A stretch of DNA of 64,000 nt. Origin: Macrostomum lignano (lineage: Eukaryota). The stretch is taken from contig NIVC01000513.1 of NCBI GenBank assembly GCA_002269645.1, positions 494,416 to 558,415 of the forward strand, read 5' to 3'. Below are positions 13,210-25,476 of the stretch, piece by piece (position 1 is the stretch's first letter; every line of letters begins with the position of its first letter). The position numbers and the translations under genes were made by a program. Below the pieces are notes generated by a model, which worked only from the letters and a program-made list of their open reading frames with translations, was not told the DNA's origin and did no database searches.

Positions 13210-15591
13210 CTGGCAGTTTTAATTAAAGTTTTGTATAAACTTTTTTATGAGAAAGTTGTTGTAGTTGATCAATAGATAGATAGTATTATGCAAACAAAGA
13301 TTCAAGGATCAGAATCAAAACATGAATGCTAGTTAATCTAACTCACTATCATATTATTGCAAACATCTATGTTGCAGTCTTAGGCCTCACTCTAATGCTT
13401 GGAATCAGATAGGAAAAAATATTATGAACAACCCAAAATTCAACTTGCAAAATTATTTATATTGTAGTATAACAAAAATTAATACATCTAAATTTGCCAT
13501 CTAATAAAAACAACAGCTATGGCTGCAGGAAGATACAGAACCAATGGAATAGATGCAATAGAAATGGACAAATATATTGCCAGTTTCAAAGCTTTAGAGT
13601 CAGGGACTCAGCAATAGAGATTTTTAAGCCACATGCATATTGTGTAGTTGGAGTGATAGGGGCAAAGTTTAGATATATGCTTGTTAATGAGTAGCTATTG
13701 AATTAAATATCAATAAAAATTAAATAGGAAGTTATAGGAGATTAATTAACTACAAATATGGATACATTTTGATAATTAGGAAAGTTTTGATTACAATGGA
13801 AATTTAAACTGACTTTTGCATTGCATAATGTTGTTAATATGCAGATTAGCTTCTTTAATCTTTTTAAAAATGTTGCCCAGTTTAATAAATCTTTTTTATT
13901 TCATAATTGACTGAATGTTAGTATTTATAGATTAGCTAGGGCCTGTTATTAAAAAAAACTTGCTTATAGTAATTTTATGAAGTATGTCTCTTTAGCAGTG
14001 GGTCAATCAAAATTTAATATCAATGGGTTACAAAAATTATAAGCCTATCTATTTTAATTTTTCATGTTTTACCTTTTGATCTTAATGTTGTTTATTTAAC
14101 TTTGTCCAACTCTATATGGACCTAAAAATTATAGTATTCTAAAAGACCTGATCCCAATTCCAATTCCCAAATCCTGATCCCAGAACTAAGAAAAAATATT
14201 CTAAATCTAAATTTCCAATCCCATGCAATGATTTCAATCTAATCTAACTTTTAATAGGCCCATAAATAAAAATAAAATGAGATCATATATATTATAGCAA
14301 AATTAATATTTTAATTTAATTAGGTGCTATCTATGTACCATCTATGTGTATGAATACTAGCCAGGTGGTATGGAGTCTATCTATATAAGAATACTTGTAT
14401 AGGTGTCAGGCCTAGCTGCCTAGTGTGATAACCAACTATGATCTTTAGGCCTAAGACCTAATATTTAATGTTTTTGTCACGTTATTGGCGTAGAGGCTAT
14501 GACCCTTAGAAGGGCCGTTTTACGAGAGTTGTTGTAAGTTGTAGTCTCAAAATGAATCGAGTCAAGTCTTGAGAAGCGGATTGTGTAGCGGAGCACTTGG
14601 CGTACTAGGTAGGTAACTGCCATAGTTGTTTTATTGTTGAGATCAATATTCAAATTGGTTAATGTTAATACAGAACTTATTGCGCTTTTGGGACACTGGC
14701 GGCTGCAACAATGGGTTTGAATTGAAGGTGAATTAGAAATTGTAGTTGAGTGGTAGGCGAAGGCGAGTGATGCAAGGCGATGCAACGTGGTGAGTAACAG
14801 CGATGAGCACAGCAGTGGCAGATGCATAGTGGTGAGATTGGCATTAGCCGTGGCAGACAGTGGCAGGCAGTGTAAATAGGCTGGCCCAGACAGAGGAGCC
14901 GTGGCGAGAGATAAGGAGGCTCGAGACAGAAGGCAGGAGAAGGAAAACAAGAGCCGCGAAGTGAGGAGGCCCCCAGCCCGCCACCAGGCGGGGGTTAATA
15001 AAGAGCGCAAAAGGGGGTAGCATAAAACACGGAGAGTTTTCATTGGCTGGCGAGAGAACTTGAAATTATTGATCGTGCCAAAATTCACAGACGAGTGCAT
15101 GGCCTACCAAATACACAGTGAATTAGCAGTTGATACAGATTATTTGCACGCTACTATAAGTAAATGTTAAAATAAACTATTGGAGAAATTAAAATGAGAA
15201 ATTGCAAGGGAAACTATAGTCCAATGGCCCTTTTGCGAGACCATTTAAACTAGCAATGTCACAGTTTTCTTCAGATTTATAATGGGTCTAGTTCTAGCTG
15301 AATTGGCTGAAAGTTGGCCTTGGATTTTTTACATATCGAAATAAGTAGGTTTAATATATTTTGTAAGTTATATGGATCTGATTCTGGATGATATCATGCT
15401 TTCTTATTGAATTGACTAGGCCTAGGCCTAAACAAAAGCAAAATTAAGCCTAGTTGATATCTAAAAGACTATATTTAACAAATCAACCTTAGAAAATGAT
15501 AATGAGACGTATTGATATATTCTTGGCAATTTTCAGTTCTACCATTTGAAAAGATAATCTAACTTCAAAACAGAAAGAAGTGCAAACGTAC

Positions 15592-15654
15592 CCTATTATT
15601 CTTGAAAACAAAGTGCTTTCGCTTAGGCTTCTCGAGTAGTTTTATGATGTCCAT
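15592..15654 (-). CDS. SURF2: SURF2 exon 1 (predicted)
   Basis: ATG GAC ATC...AAT AGG|gtacgt; MDIIKLLEKPKRKHFVFKNNR; phase 0 matches exon 2 and the length fits the SURF2 N-terminus. Confidence 0.65.
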
Positions 15655-17990
15655 GATAACGCTAGATCTGATCAAATAAAAGTTAAATATCAATTTAGCT
15701 ACGGCTTAGTTTTTAATCGGAAATATTGACGTACCAAGACCAAAAGGTTTTAAATAGAAAAATAGTTCACCAGTGTCCATGAGATGAGATTAAATCACAC
15801 ATGATGCGATTTTAAAATAGATTACTTCTCCCTTTACTCTGTGTTATATCTTTTAGAATAAAAATATTTATGTACACTCTCGAACTTTTAATTTTTATAA
15901 TAAAAAGCATCGCTGGCAAACATTAATCGGGATGAAAGGTAGTTATTTTTGTTATTATGACTCAAGAGTCATCGCGTGTTTCAACTTTTTTGCTTTCTAG
16001 GACAAGCTCATGTATGTCGCATGTATGCAAGTCCATGTCACATGTATGCAAATTTTACTGTATGAGGACCACATCACAAATGTTAAACAGAACTTGATCA
16101 AGGGTAAGTAAGCTGCAGATTTATTTTTTAAAAGATGAGGAAGTCTACAATGGTAACTAAGTCGCATTGCTACATATGCTTTTAGTCAAGGACCGCAGTA
16201 GTAGCGAGTGGTCCTGCTTTTAGTCTGTATAAATATTTACACACAAAAGCAACAACGAAACATTTGATAAATATTTTATTGGATTTACTTATTACTGACA
16301 TTAATAAATCATTATTAATGATTTACTTATTACATTTAGATGAAAAAAAAAACAATTTTTAAAATTAATTTGAAAACGTTGGCATACAGTTGCATACAAT
16401 AACTGCTTTTACATGTTTTTCGTATGCAACATGAACATGCTAAAAGTGAATCTCATCAAAATTTTTGGCAATATATTTCCGCAGTTGTAACCATTTTTTT
16501 AAATATCGTAGGCCCAAAAGCATTCAGAGTTTAACTGCTTGCTCCATGGTCAAAAGCTAAAGTACGACGTAGATATGTATTAGCTAAGTGCAGAATTTTT
16601 CAAGAACAAGAGTAATATTGGCCGTTGGGAGAAGAGAAAGCTACATTTTATTAACATCTATCATCAAATTCACATTTAAAGTAAAATTTGCAGTAGGGAA
16701 TGCGCCAAATCTCAATTGTTAAAGTGAATTGCTCAATAATTCAGCTACTGTATTGTCAATTGATTTCACTTTAGCAACTGCTATAGCCCTCCGGGTAGCC
16801 GAAAAAGTAATTAATTCTTCTTCTTTTGAGCTAGCAGACGCCCAGGATATTGCTAGTAGAGTTTACAATATTTGAATGCTTGCTCAGCCTTCTTTATAGA
16901 CATAAAATATGGACGATTTTGTCCGTGACAGTCAATGCGAGCTGGTCGATTAAATCCACCAGGACCTCGATTGTAGCCGACAGTCAAAAAGGCTAATAGA
17001 TCCGTCTCTCTCTACCGAGGGCAGGGATCAGTGCTGCGATCCTGTCGGCGCAGGCTATGCGAGTGAAGTGAGGCGGGGGAATCAGCGGGGATTTCTGCTT
17101 CGCTTTGTTGTCCAAAGCTAGTCTGAATAATCTGCGTAGTGGGGAGGGGTGGCAGCTACAAAGTCCATTTTTATGGCGTATTCAGCCCCCCGACAGGGAC
17201 GGAATCGCATTGGGGAGGGGTTGGAAGCCAGTCCGCGGTATTATTTAGCTTGCACCTCCCTGCTCAACTCTCGACTCCCGTACACTCGTCGTTACTATGT
17301 CTGCTTGTACTCTGAATTCCCACCAGGGAGAGGGAGAGAGAGAACTGGCCTAGGAGGGCTTCTATTGTTGCATATAAAAGTTGGCCCCCAAAGCTGTTCG
17401 CTCCCAAAGCTCTACTCATGCAGAGCTACAGCTAATTGCCTTTAGCTTTCTGAGAACTACTATAAATATATTTTTACAGTAGGCATTAACTAGTCTTTCT
17501 TAAATCCCCGATCTTCCACTTAAACTTGTTTACAAGACCGTTATTGTTGGGTGAGAATTTTTGTTTTCATTATCAAAACTTGTCAGAGCAAAGTTGTCGA
17601 TTTTATATCGGAACACGCGCACGAGAATTACTCATTTACATTTTCTACACTCGGTGCAGATCTTAAGATCTTAAACCCTGCCCTCTCCCTTAACTAAACA
17701 GAGAGCATTGACCACTCAATCTGTTGCGGAAACTCACACCTCTATTAGCCAGTAATAAGGCACAGAGAGAGCTGGTTGTTTAGTTTGACCGGAACTAAGT
17801 CATTGAGAGTCTTATAAGATACTGATCTGAGGCAGTCCGAGAGACGCGGACTACAGGCGTTGGTCAACCAGCTCTGAGAGTTTCCAATCTAATTAGCATA
17901 ATTAGCAGGGTTTTGATCTCTCAGCCAACCCTCTGACTTCTGGCAACCTCTGAATTGGAGCAGTGAACGGTGAGAAAAGCGGAGACCCAC

Positions 17991-18102
17991 ATGGACTCGC
18001 ACCTCTACGGGCGGGTGGCGCATCCGGACCTCGCTCAGACCTATCTACCAGTCAGCATCCTGCAGCTGGATGAAGCTGACCGAGCAGTTCTCAGAGTGGC
18101 CG
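17991..18102 (+). CDS. Spectraplakin first coding exon (ends ..LDEADRAVLRVA-D)
   Basis: In-frame TGA upstream at 17964, ATG at 17991, donor G|gtgagt in phase 1; matches the plakin D.A.RAVLRIAD junction motif. Confidence 0.85.
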
Positions 18103-19432
18103 GTGAGTTTCATTGATTTTTTGCTATTCTCTTTTGGCAGTTTCGATCCAAGGACCACCAATGGTAGCGCTTCAAACAATTAAACAAACTCTAAGACCCC
18201 GATTTTGAGCGATGAACTCGACAAATGGATCAAATATTAAACAACTCATTGATCATCTGTAGTTCGTATAATTCCACAGATAAACTATCAGGAAATTTTT
18301 CAGAAATGTTTTTAGTGCCTTCTATCTTACAATTTTGTGCTAAATTTGTCCTTAAAAATGTAGTCCTTGGTTCGATCGCCTTCACGCGAAATTAATGGTT
18401 TAATGCTGTCCAAATTGCATGGAAAATAATACGTTTTGCAATGCACCCGAAAGTCTTCCCTGTAGTTGCCCCAGGGGGTTTTCGAAGATACAATTGGCAT
18501 GCAAAACCTGTGCAGTGTGCAGCTTCATCTGTCCACAATTTTTAGCAGGCAATGCTGAGCATAGTGGCACTGCTCTCTGCAAAAGCCAGAGGGTTGTTTA
18601 ACAATGGAGTCTCAATGCCAGTGTCTGTGAGGGTTTCTGATGCGGCAAATTTAGGTGTACATTTGCAGTTTAATGACACACAACGTAACAGTCTGGAAAT
18701 TTGAATCCTGTAAAACAAAAATAAGAGAGAAAATGTTGAAGTATCGTCGGCATGCTCAAAGCTGCTCAGATAAAACTTACAAAATATTATAACAAAGTTT
18801 ATGATAGCGAAAAAATCCACTATTAGCTAATGCCAAAAGCAGCAATAGCCGTGTGAGCTCATGTGTTGCTAAAAATAGCAAGAAGCGCCCAACTACAATT
18901 CTCTTGCCTGCTTTTGGAAAGCAGAATTGTGAGAGCTCAAACCTCCCCCGGCCCTCCCCGGCATGGGCGATTTCCCTTGGTCTCGACCTCTCTCCCCCAG
19001 AGTGCGCATGATTCATGCTGAGGTGAGCTGACTCAGTATCTCGGGACTGTACATTTTTAACATTTTCTGCTCTGCTTTTTGGCGATGCAGTGAGTACAGT
19101 GGGACGGCACGAGCATTAGAGTAAATTTTAATTAGTTTTTTTGGTCTGCGTCTTAATAACCCGGCCTTGCGATTAATGTCGCAAATTTATGCTTGGAACA
19201 CATTGGCTTTTTTGGAGCAGGTTTGCGCGTTTTGATTGGGTCAATTAAAAACCATGCAAGAGGGAAACACTGCCTCGGAATTCTTAATCGTTAGTAAATT
19301 TCGCAGTTCATTTTATCGCCCACCAGTTTAAACAAAATATTGTTGAAGACTAAATACATTTTCTATAAACTCGCTCTGAAATTTAGAAAACATATATTTT
19401 GTTATTACCAAACTTTCTTTTAGTACCTTCGG

Positions 19433-20177
19433 CCGCATCTAGTCACTTCAGGTCCTTCAGTACCGCATCTTAGTCACTTCAGGTCCTTCAGTATCGCATC
19501 TTTGTCGCTTCAGGTCCTTCAGTACAGCATCTTAGTCACTTCAGGTCCTTCAGTACCGCATCTTAGTCCCTTCAGGTCCTTCAGTACCGCATCTTAGTCA
19601 TTTCAGGTCCTTCCGTACCGCATCTTAGTCACTTCAGGTCCTTCAGTACCGCATCTTTATCGCTTCAGGTCCTTCAGTACCGCATCTTAGTCACTTCAGG
19701 TCCTTCCGTACCGCATCTTAGTCACTTCAGGTCCTTCAGTACCGCATCTTTATCGCTTCAGGTCCTTCAGTACCGCATCTTTGTTACTTCAGGTCCTTCA
19801 GTACCGCATCTTTATCGCTTCAGGTCCTTCAGTACCGCATCTTAGTCACTTCAGTTCCTTCAGTACCGCATCTTAGTCACTTCAGGTCCTTCAGTACAGC
19901 ATCTTAGTCACTTCAGGTCCTTCAGTACCGCATCTTAGTCACTTCAGGTCCTTCAGTACCGCATCTTTATCGCTTCAGGTCCTTCAGTACCGCATCTTTA
20001 TCGCTTCAGGTTCTTCAGTACCGCATCTTTATCGCTTCAGGTTCTTCAGTACCGCATCTTTATCGCTTCAGGTTCTTCAGTACCGCATCTTTGTCACTTC
20101 AGGTCCTTCATTACCGCATCTTGGTCACTTCAGATCCTTCAGTACCACATCTTAGTCGCTTCAGGTCCTTCAGTACC
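19433..20177. repeat. 31-bp minisatellite (cagtaccgcatcttagtcacttcaggtcctt), about 24 copies
   Basis: Direct inspection; spectraplakin intron 1. Confidence 0.97.
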
Positions 20178-20817
20178 CAAAAAACCTAGAAGCTCTACTA
20201 AAATTTTTGATAAATTGATCGAATATATTCAACAACTCATAGTTCATCTGTATGAAATCACAAAAGTACAAACAGTACCTAGCATTTATAGAATAGCCGC
20301 TCATATTGATTTATGTTAAGTACTGCACCTGAAGTTTCTTCTATTTTCTCCACAGCTCCTACCTGACTTCCTTACCCTTCCCACCGGCCTAATTCTCTCT
20401 CGCCTCGTCTCCAGACTGAGCGAGATTGCATCGATTTTTAGTCTCCACAGTGCACCTGCAAAGGTGTACACATTCTGTTTTCCATGCAGTCTGCTGCTGC
20501 CCCAGAGGTAGAGGAGAGCGTTGGGGAAGAAGGCAAAAAACACGGAGAGAAAAGTTGAGAGGTGGGACTGGAGAATGAAAATGTACAGCCAGTCTCTCAT
20601 TCTCGCCCTAATCTTGAGTCCATGGTTTTCCATTAGCGCTTTGGGCAGCTGGCATGTTATAACTATGGGAGCATGAGCTTATCTTCATAAGGGGGTTTTT
20701 AAACTCATTTCACTAATTTGACAAAACAACTTAGGAAATTAATTTTACCTTTACAGTCAGAAATATGCTCTAACGTACGAAGTTCTGCAATGCAGTGATG
20801 CTAGTTTGCTTGTTTGC

Positions 20818-21458
20818 CAGGGTAGTTTTTACCTGTTAGACAGGGTAGTTTTCATCTGTTAGACAGGGTAGTTTTCACCTGTTAGACAGGGTAGTTTTCA
20901 CCTGTTAGACAGAGTATTTTTCACCTGTTAGACAGGGTAGTTTTCACCTGTTAGACAGGGTAGTTTTCACCTGTTAGACAGGGTAGTTTTCACCTGTTAG
21001 ACAGGGTAGTTTTCACCTGTTAGACAGAGTAGTTTTCACCTGTTAGACAGGGTAGTTTTCACCTGTTAGACAGGGTAGTTTTCACCTGTTAGACAGGGTA
21101 GTTTTCACCTGTTAGACAGAGTAGTTTTCACCTGTTAGACAGGGTAGTTTTCACCTGTTAGACAGGGTAGTTTTCACCTGTTAGACAGGGTAGTTTTCCC
21201 CTGTTAGACAGGGTAGTTTTCACCTGTTAGACAGGGTAGTTTTCACCTGTTAGACAGGGTAGTTTTCACCTGTTAGACAGGGTAGTTTTCACCTGTTAGA
21301 CAGGGTAGTTTTCACCTGTTAGACAGGGTAGTTTTCACCTGTTAGACAGGGTAGTTTTCACCTGTTAGACAGGGTAGTTTTCACCTGTTAGACAGGGTAG
21401 TTTTCACCTGTTAGACAGGGTAGTTTTCACCTGTTAGACAGGGTAGTTTTCACCTGTT
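20818..21458. repeat. 23-bp minisatellite (ttttcacctgttagacagggtag), about 28 copies
   Basis: Direct inspection; near-perfect copies. Confidence 0.98.
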
Positions 21459-21815
21459 TGATTGGTGAAATTGTGACCATCGCTTGAGAGGCGGCCGCAA
21501 TCTGGCTTCACAATGTCTAACAAATAATAATTATGCGCATTTAGAAACGGAAGAGCATGTTGGAAAGACTTCCTTCGGTCCCCGTTTTAACAACGAACTA
21601 TTCAACTCGATAAACATAGACTCTGTGGTGATTGGTTCTTAATAAAACTTCCTCTACTTTTTGACAAGAGGCAAACCCTGCAATGTCACGGTGTGGTTCA
21701 TAAAGATTAGTTTGCACAATTGTTAAGACCATTCGCACCAGGTCAATCTATTCTATCATCAGCCATTCGCAATGGATATTCTTGGATTTGTTACTAACAT
21801 TATTTTACCATTCAG

Positions 21816-21877
21816 ATGTCCGAGACGGCACACAGAAGAAGACATTTACTAAATGGGTCAACAATCAGCTTATTAAG
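21816..21877 (+). CDS. Spectraplakin CH1 exon a (DVRDGTQKKTFTKWVNNQLIK)
   Basis: ttcag| ... AAG|gtgcgt; 62 nt. Confidence 0.95.
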
Positions 21878-21959
21878 GTGCGTCAGTTGAAACATTGTGA
21901 TTGCCTTTGTGAAATTTTAACAAAACAGTTTTGCTAATAAATTTCAACAATTATTGCAG

Positions 21960-22049
21960 AAAGCCTGCAAAATCCGCGACCTGTTCAACGACCTGCGTAG
22001 CGGCACAGCGCTCATAACTTTGCTAGAGATTTTGTCGAAACAGTCACTG
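21960..22049 (+). CDS. Spectraplakin CH1 exon b (KACKIRDLFNDLRSGTALITLLEILSKQSL)
   Basis: ttgcag| ... CTG|gtaaga; 90 nt. Confidence 0.95.
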
Positions 22050-22137
22050 GTAAGAATTTGCAACTTTTGCGATTCTAGTTAAAGTGCAGCTTGTACTTCA
22101 TAAACAAATAATGGCCGATCATTGTCTACGCCCGCAG

Positions 22138-22218
22138 CCGCGCGAACGAGGCTGCATGCGATTTCATTATTTGCAAAATGTGGAAACTGCATTGAATTTT
22201 CTCACCTCACGCCGTGGT
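22138..22218 (+). CDS. Spectraplakin CH1 exon c (PRERGCMRFHYLQNVETALNFLTSRRG)
   Basis: cgcag| ... GGT|gtaagt; 81 nt. Confidence 0.95.
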
Positions 22219-22339
22219 GTAAGTGACTACCGCGACCGAGTTTTTATAAATAGTCTATACTTGCTACTTAGTTCCCAATTAAAAGTAGTATAAGCAAGCG
22301 TATAAAACTTCTAGACTAAATTATTCAAAACAATTCCAG

Positions 22340-22432
22340 ATTCGCTTAGTAAACATTCGCCCAGAAGATATAGTGGACGGAAATCCTAAACTGACGCTGG
22401 GTCTGCTCTGGGTTATTATTCTGCACTATCAG
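22340..22432 (+). CDS. Spectraplakin CH1 exon d ([31 protein letters not shown])
   Basis: ttccag| ... CAG|gtgaga; 93 nt. Confidence 0.96.
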
Positions 22433-22584
22433 GTGAGAGAAGTGTGTTTTGTGAAATGCATGCGCCACGTTAATTCATCGGCCGGTTGGTGATGGGATGA
22501 CACAGTGGCGTAGCTAGGGGGTCAAGGACTGCTGCGGTGTTGCCCTTTAATCAGCTGGTATAGTAATAGCCTTCCAGTTAGTAG

Positions 22585-23196
22585 CTGGTGCTGGCGCCCC
22601 TGGTGCTGGCGCCCCTGGTGCTGGCGCCCCTGGTGCTAGCGCCCCTGGTGCTGGCGCCCCTGGTGCTGGCGCCCCTGGTGCTGGCGCCCCTGGTGCTGGC
22701 GCCCCTGGTGCTGGCGCCCCTGGTGCTAGCGCCCCTGGTGCTGGCGCCCTGGTGCTGGCGCCCCTGGTGCTGGCGCCCCTGGTGCTGGCGCCCCTGGTGC
22801 TGGCGCCCCTGGTGCTGGCGCCCCTGGTGCTGGCGCCCCTGGTGCTGGCGCCCCTGGTGCTGGCGCCCCTGGTGCTGGCGCCCCTGGTGCTGGCGCCCCT
22901 GGTGCTGGCGCCCCTGGTGCTGGCGCCCCTGGTGCTGGCGCCCCTGGTGCTGGCGCCCCTGGTGCTGGCGCCCCTGGTGCTGGCGCCCCTGGTGCTGGCG
23001 CCCCTGGTGCTGGCGCCCCTGGTGCTGGCGCCCCTGGTGCTGGCGCCCCTGGTGCTGGCGCCCCTGGTGCTGGCGCCCCTGGTGCTGGCGCCCCTGGTGC
23101 TGGCGCCCCTGGTGCTGGCGCCCCTGGTGCTGGCGCCCCTGGTGCTGGCGCCCCTGGTGCTGGCGCCCCTGGTGCTGGCGCCCCTGGTGCTGGCGC
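22585..23196. repeat. 15-bp GC-rich minisatellite (ctggtgctggcgccc), about 41 copies
   Basis: Direct inspection; source of the LAPLV / WCWRP / GAPAP shadow ORFs. Confidence 0.98.
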
Positions 23197-23982
23197 TCCG
23201 CAGGGTGAATGATTGATCAAATCACTTTGCAGTTTGACAAACGAATTTAAAAAATGAGCCATTGTAGTCTGGAATTCAAAATTTAGAGGGGTTTAAATTA
23301 AAGGTATAAAAGTACTTTTTTAATTGCAGACAAGTATTTTATTGCTCACGCCCTGATAAGCCAGGCGCCTAAAATTAAACTTTAAATAATTTATGATCGC
23401 GGCATGCGATAGAGGGACATGTACATTCATTATTAAACTTCAGACTGACCACAATAAATAGATAACACTCTGTACTTGATGCAACTAATAAAAATAAAAA
23501 TAGAAGGAATATTGAAAGCCAGTCCGCTTAAAATCAGTAACCATTGTCCAACCCTTGTAATGTACATTACTGCGGTACATCAGTCTGTCTGTATTTGATC
23601 TGCGCATGATCTGCACACGCTATTCTTAGATAGGGCCGCTAATTGGGCCTGTTTGTGGTGGGTGGCGTCAACAAGTCAGTTCGCCTAAATGAGTCAATTT
23701 GACTTTTTTGGTGGTCAGTGCGGTGGGTGGAAATGCAGTTATTATCAATCTCTCACTTATCTTAGCTCAGCTGTATCTTCTCTATTCAATATTTTTGCCC
23801 GCATCGAGCAGAGGACACGGCAAGGCCTTGCGCAGTTCAGGACCCCCCTTAAGCCACTAAGAATCCAACTGCTCTATCTCTGTTTCTCTTTAGTCCGAGA
23901 TAGCTGCAGTGCAACGAGTCAGAAAGCAAAAAACACATTCTGACGCCCAGTTTAAGCAACTTTTTTCACTCGTTGAATTTAA

Positions 23983-24222
23983 ATGCGAAAGAGCAGCCTG
24001 TGGCTTGGCAGCACAGGCGATTTAGTATGGGCGCTAACGGCTGCAGGGCTTGCTGTAGCTTTTTTCACCTTCGCCATGAAGCGCTTTGAGAAATTGTTTT
24101 CTAGCAATAAGAAGCAGAAACAGCAGAAAACTCAAAAGCAGAAAAAGGATAACGGAGAGGCAAAGCCTCATCACCAGCATCACGGCTGGCGGCCGTTTAA
24201 TTGTTTCTCGCATAACCGACCT
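23983..24222 (+). CDS. Candidate alternative first exon encoding an N-terminal signal-anchor (80 aa)
   Basis: ATG at 23983, hydrophobic LVWALTAAGLAVAFFTFAM followed by KRFEK..KKQKQQKTQKQKK, and a consensus CCT|gtaagt donor in phase 0 matching the CH2 exon at 28326. Confidence 0.6.
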
Positions 24223-24347
24223 GTAAGTGCTTGCTCGTTTCATTCACCCAATACGTAAGACTTTACCCGAATTTTCGTTCAATTTGATAGACTAAGTTTT
24301 ACAGTCACCTAGAAAAAATGCTTTTTTTGAGCTAAATTGTGCTTGGT

Positions 24348-25186
24348 CTTGTCTATGATCAATCTAGATTCTTGTCTATGACCAATTTAGATTCTTGTCT
24401 ATGACCAATATCGATTCTTGCCTATGACCAATCTAGATTCTTGTCTATGACCAATCTCGATTCTCGTCTATGACTAATCTCAATTCTTGACTGTGACCAA
24501 TCTCGATTCTTGTCTATGACCTATCTCAATTCTTGTTTATGACTGATCTCGATTCTTGGTTTTGTGACCATTTTATATTCTTGCCTATGACCAATCTAGA
24601 TTCTTGTCTATGACCAATCTAGATTATTGTATATTACAAATCTCGATTCTTGTCCATGACCAATCTAGATTCTTCCTTATGACCTATCTAGATTTTTTTC
24701 CATGACCAATCTAGATTCTTCCTTATGACCAATCTTGATTCTTGTCTATGACCAATCTAAATTCTTGTCTATGACCAATTTAGATTCTTGTCTATGACCA
24801 ATTTAGCTCCTTGTCTATGACCAATTTCGATTCTTGTCTATGACCAATCTAGATTCTTGTCTATGACTAATCTCGATTCTTATCTGTGACTAATATCGAT
24901 TCTTGCATATGACCAATCTAGATTCTTGTCTATGACCAATCTAGATTCTTGTCTATGAACAATCTAGATTCTTGTCTATGACCAATCTCGATTCTTATCT
25001 GTGACTAATATCGATTTTTGCCTATGACCAATCTAGATTCTTGTCTATGACCAATCTAGATTCTTGTATATTACAAATCTCGATTCTTGTCCATGACCAA
25101 TCTAGATTCTTCCTTATGACCTATCTAGATTCTTGTCTATGACCTATCTAGATTCTTGTCTATGACCAACCTAGATTCTTGTCTAT
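24348..25186. repeat. 23-bp minisatellite (atgaccaatctagattcttgtct), about 36 copies
   Basis: Direct inspection; core palindrome aatctagatt. Confidence 0.96.
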
Positions 25187-25476
25187 ATCCACGTTGATTT
25201 TAGTATATGACCATAATGATGGTCAGTGTGATAGTTCTCATGCAAGAAAGTATTTTAAGGTACACTCCATCATTTTAGCGCAAATTTATTAACTCCGTTA
25301 CTCGACCAAATAAATTGTGCATACAGCTTCTTAATTAATACAAATAGAAGAGCCTTTTAAAATATTAGGGTTTGTGTCCCTTTGTTTGGCAGAGAGCTGG
25401 ATTATATTTAAAAAAACAAAAAATATGCTTTGGTCTCCAGTCTGTGGACGCTTTTCTGTCTTTCCGCTTGCCTTAG

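Larger units (their letters stand above)
12425..15654 (-). other. SURF2: Surfeit locus protein 2 homolog, 3 coding exons, 251 aa
   Basis: IHCTLTGHELP...YAGGKKF and QRLFCQLTCRFV...VARHTSGRRF match the SURF2 motifs (RCILTGHELP..GKKY; QLFCKLT..HV.RHTQGRRY), followed by an acidic tract and a Lys-rich tail. Confidence 0.88.

Noticed and set aside
14477-15100. 207-aa minus-strand ORF
   Set aside because: It lies in SURF2 intron 1, has no recognisable motif or flanking splice logic, and is likely a by-product of the GC-rich island.
19433-21458. CRISPR-like arrays (31-bp and 23-bp repeats)
   Set aside because: The units are head-to-tail with no unique spacers, there are no cas genes, and the context is a eukaryotic intron.
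22588-23262. LAPLV / WCWRP / GAPAP repeat proteins
   Set aside because: Shadows of a 15-bp intronic minisatellite.
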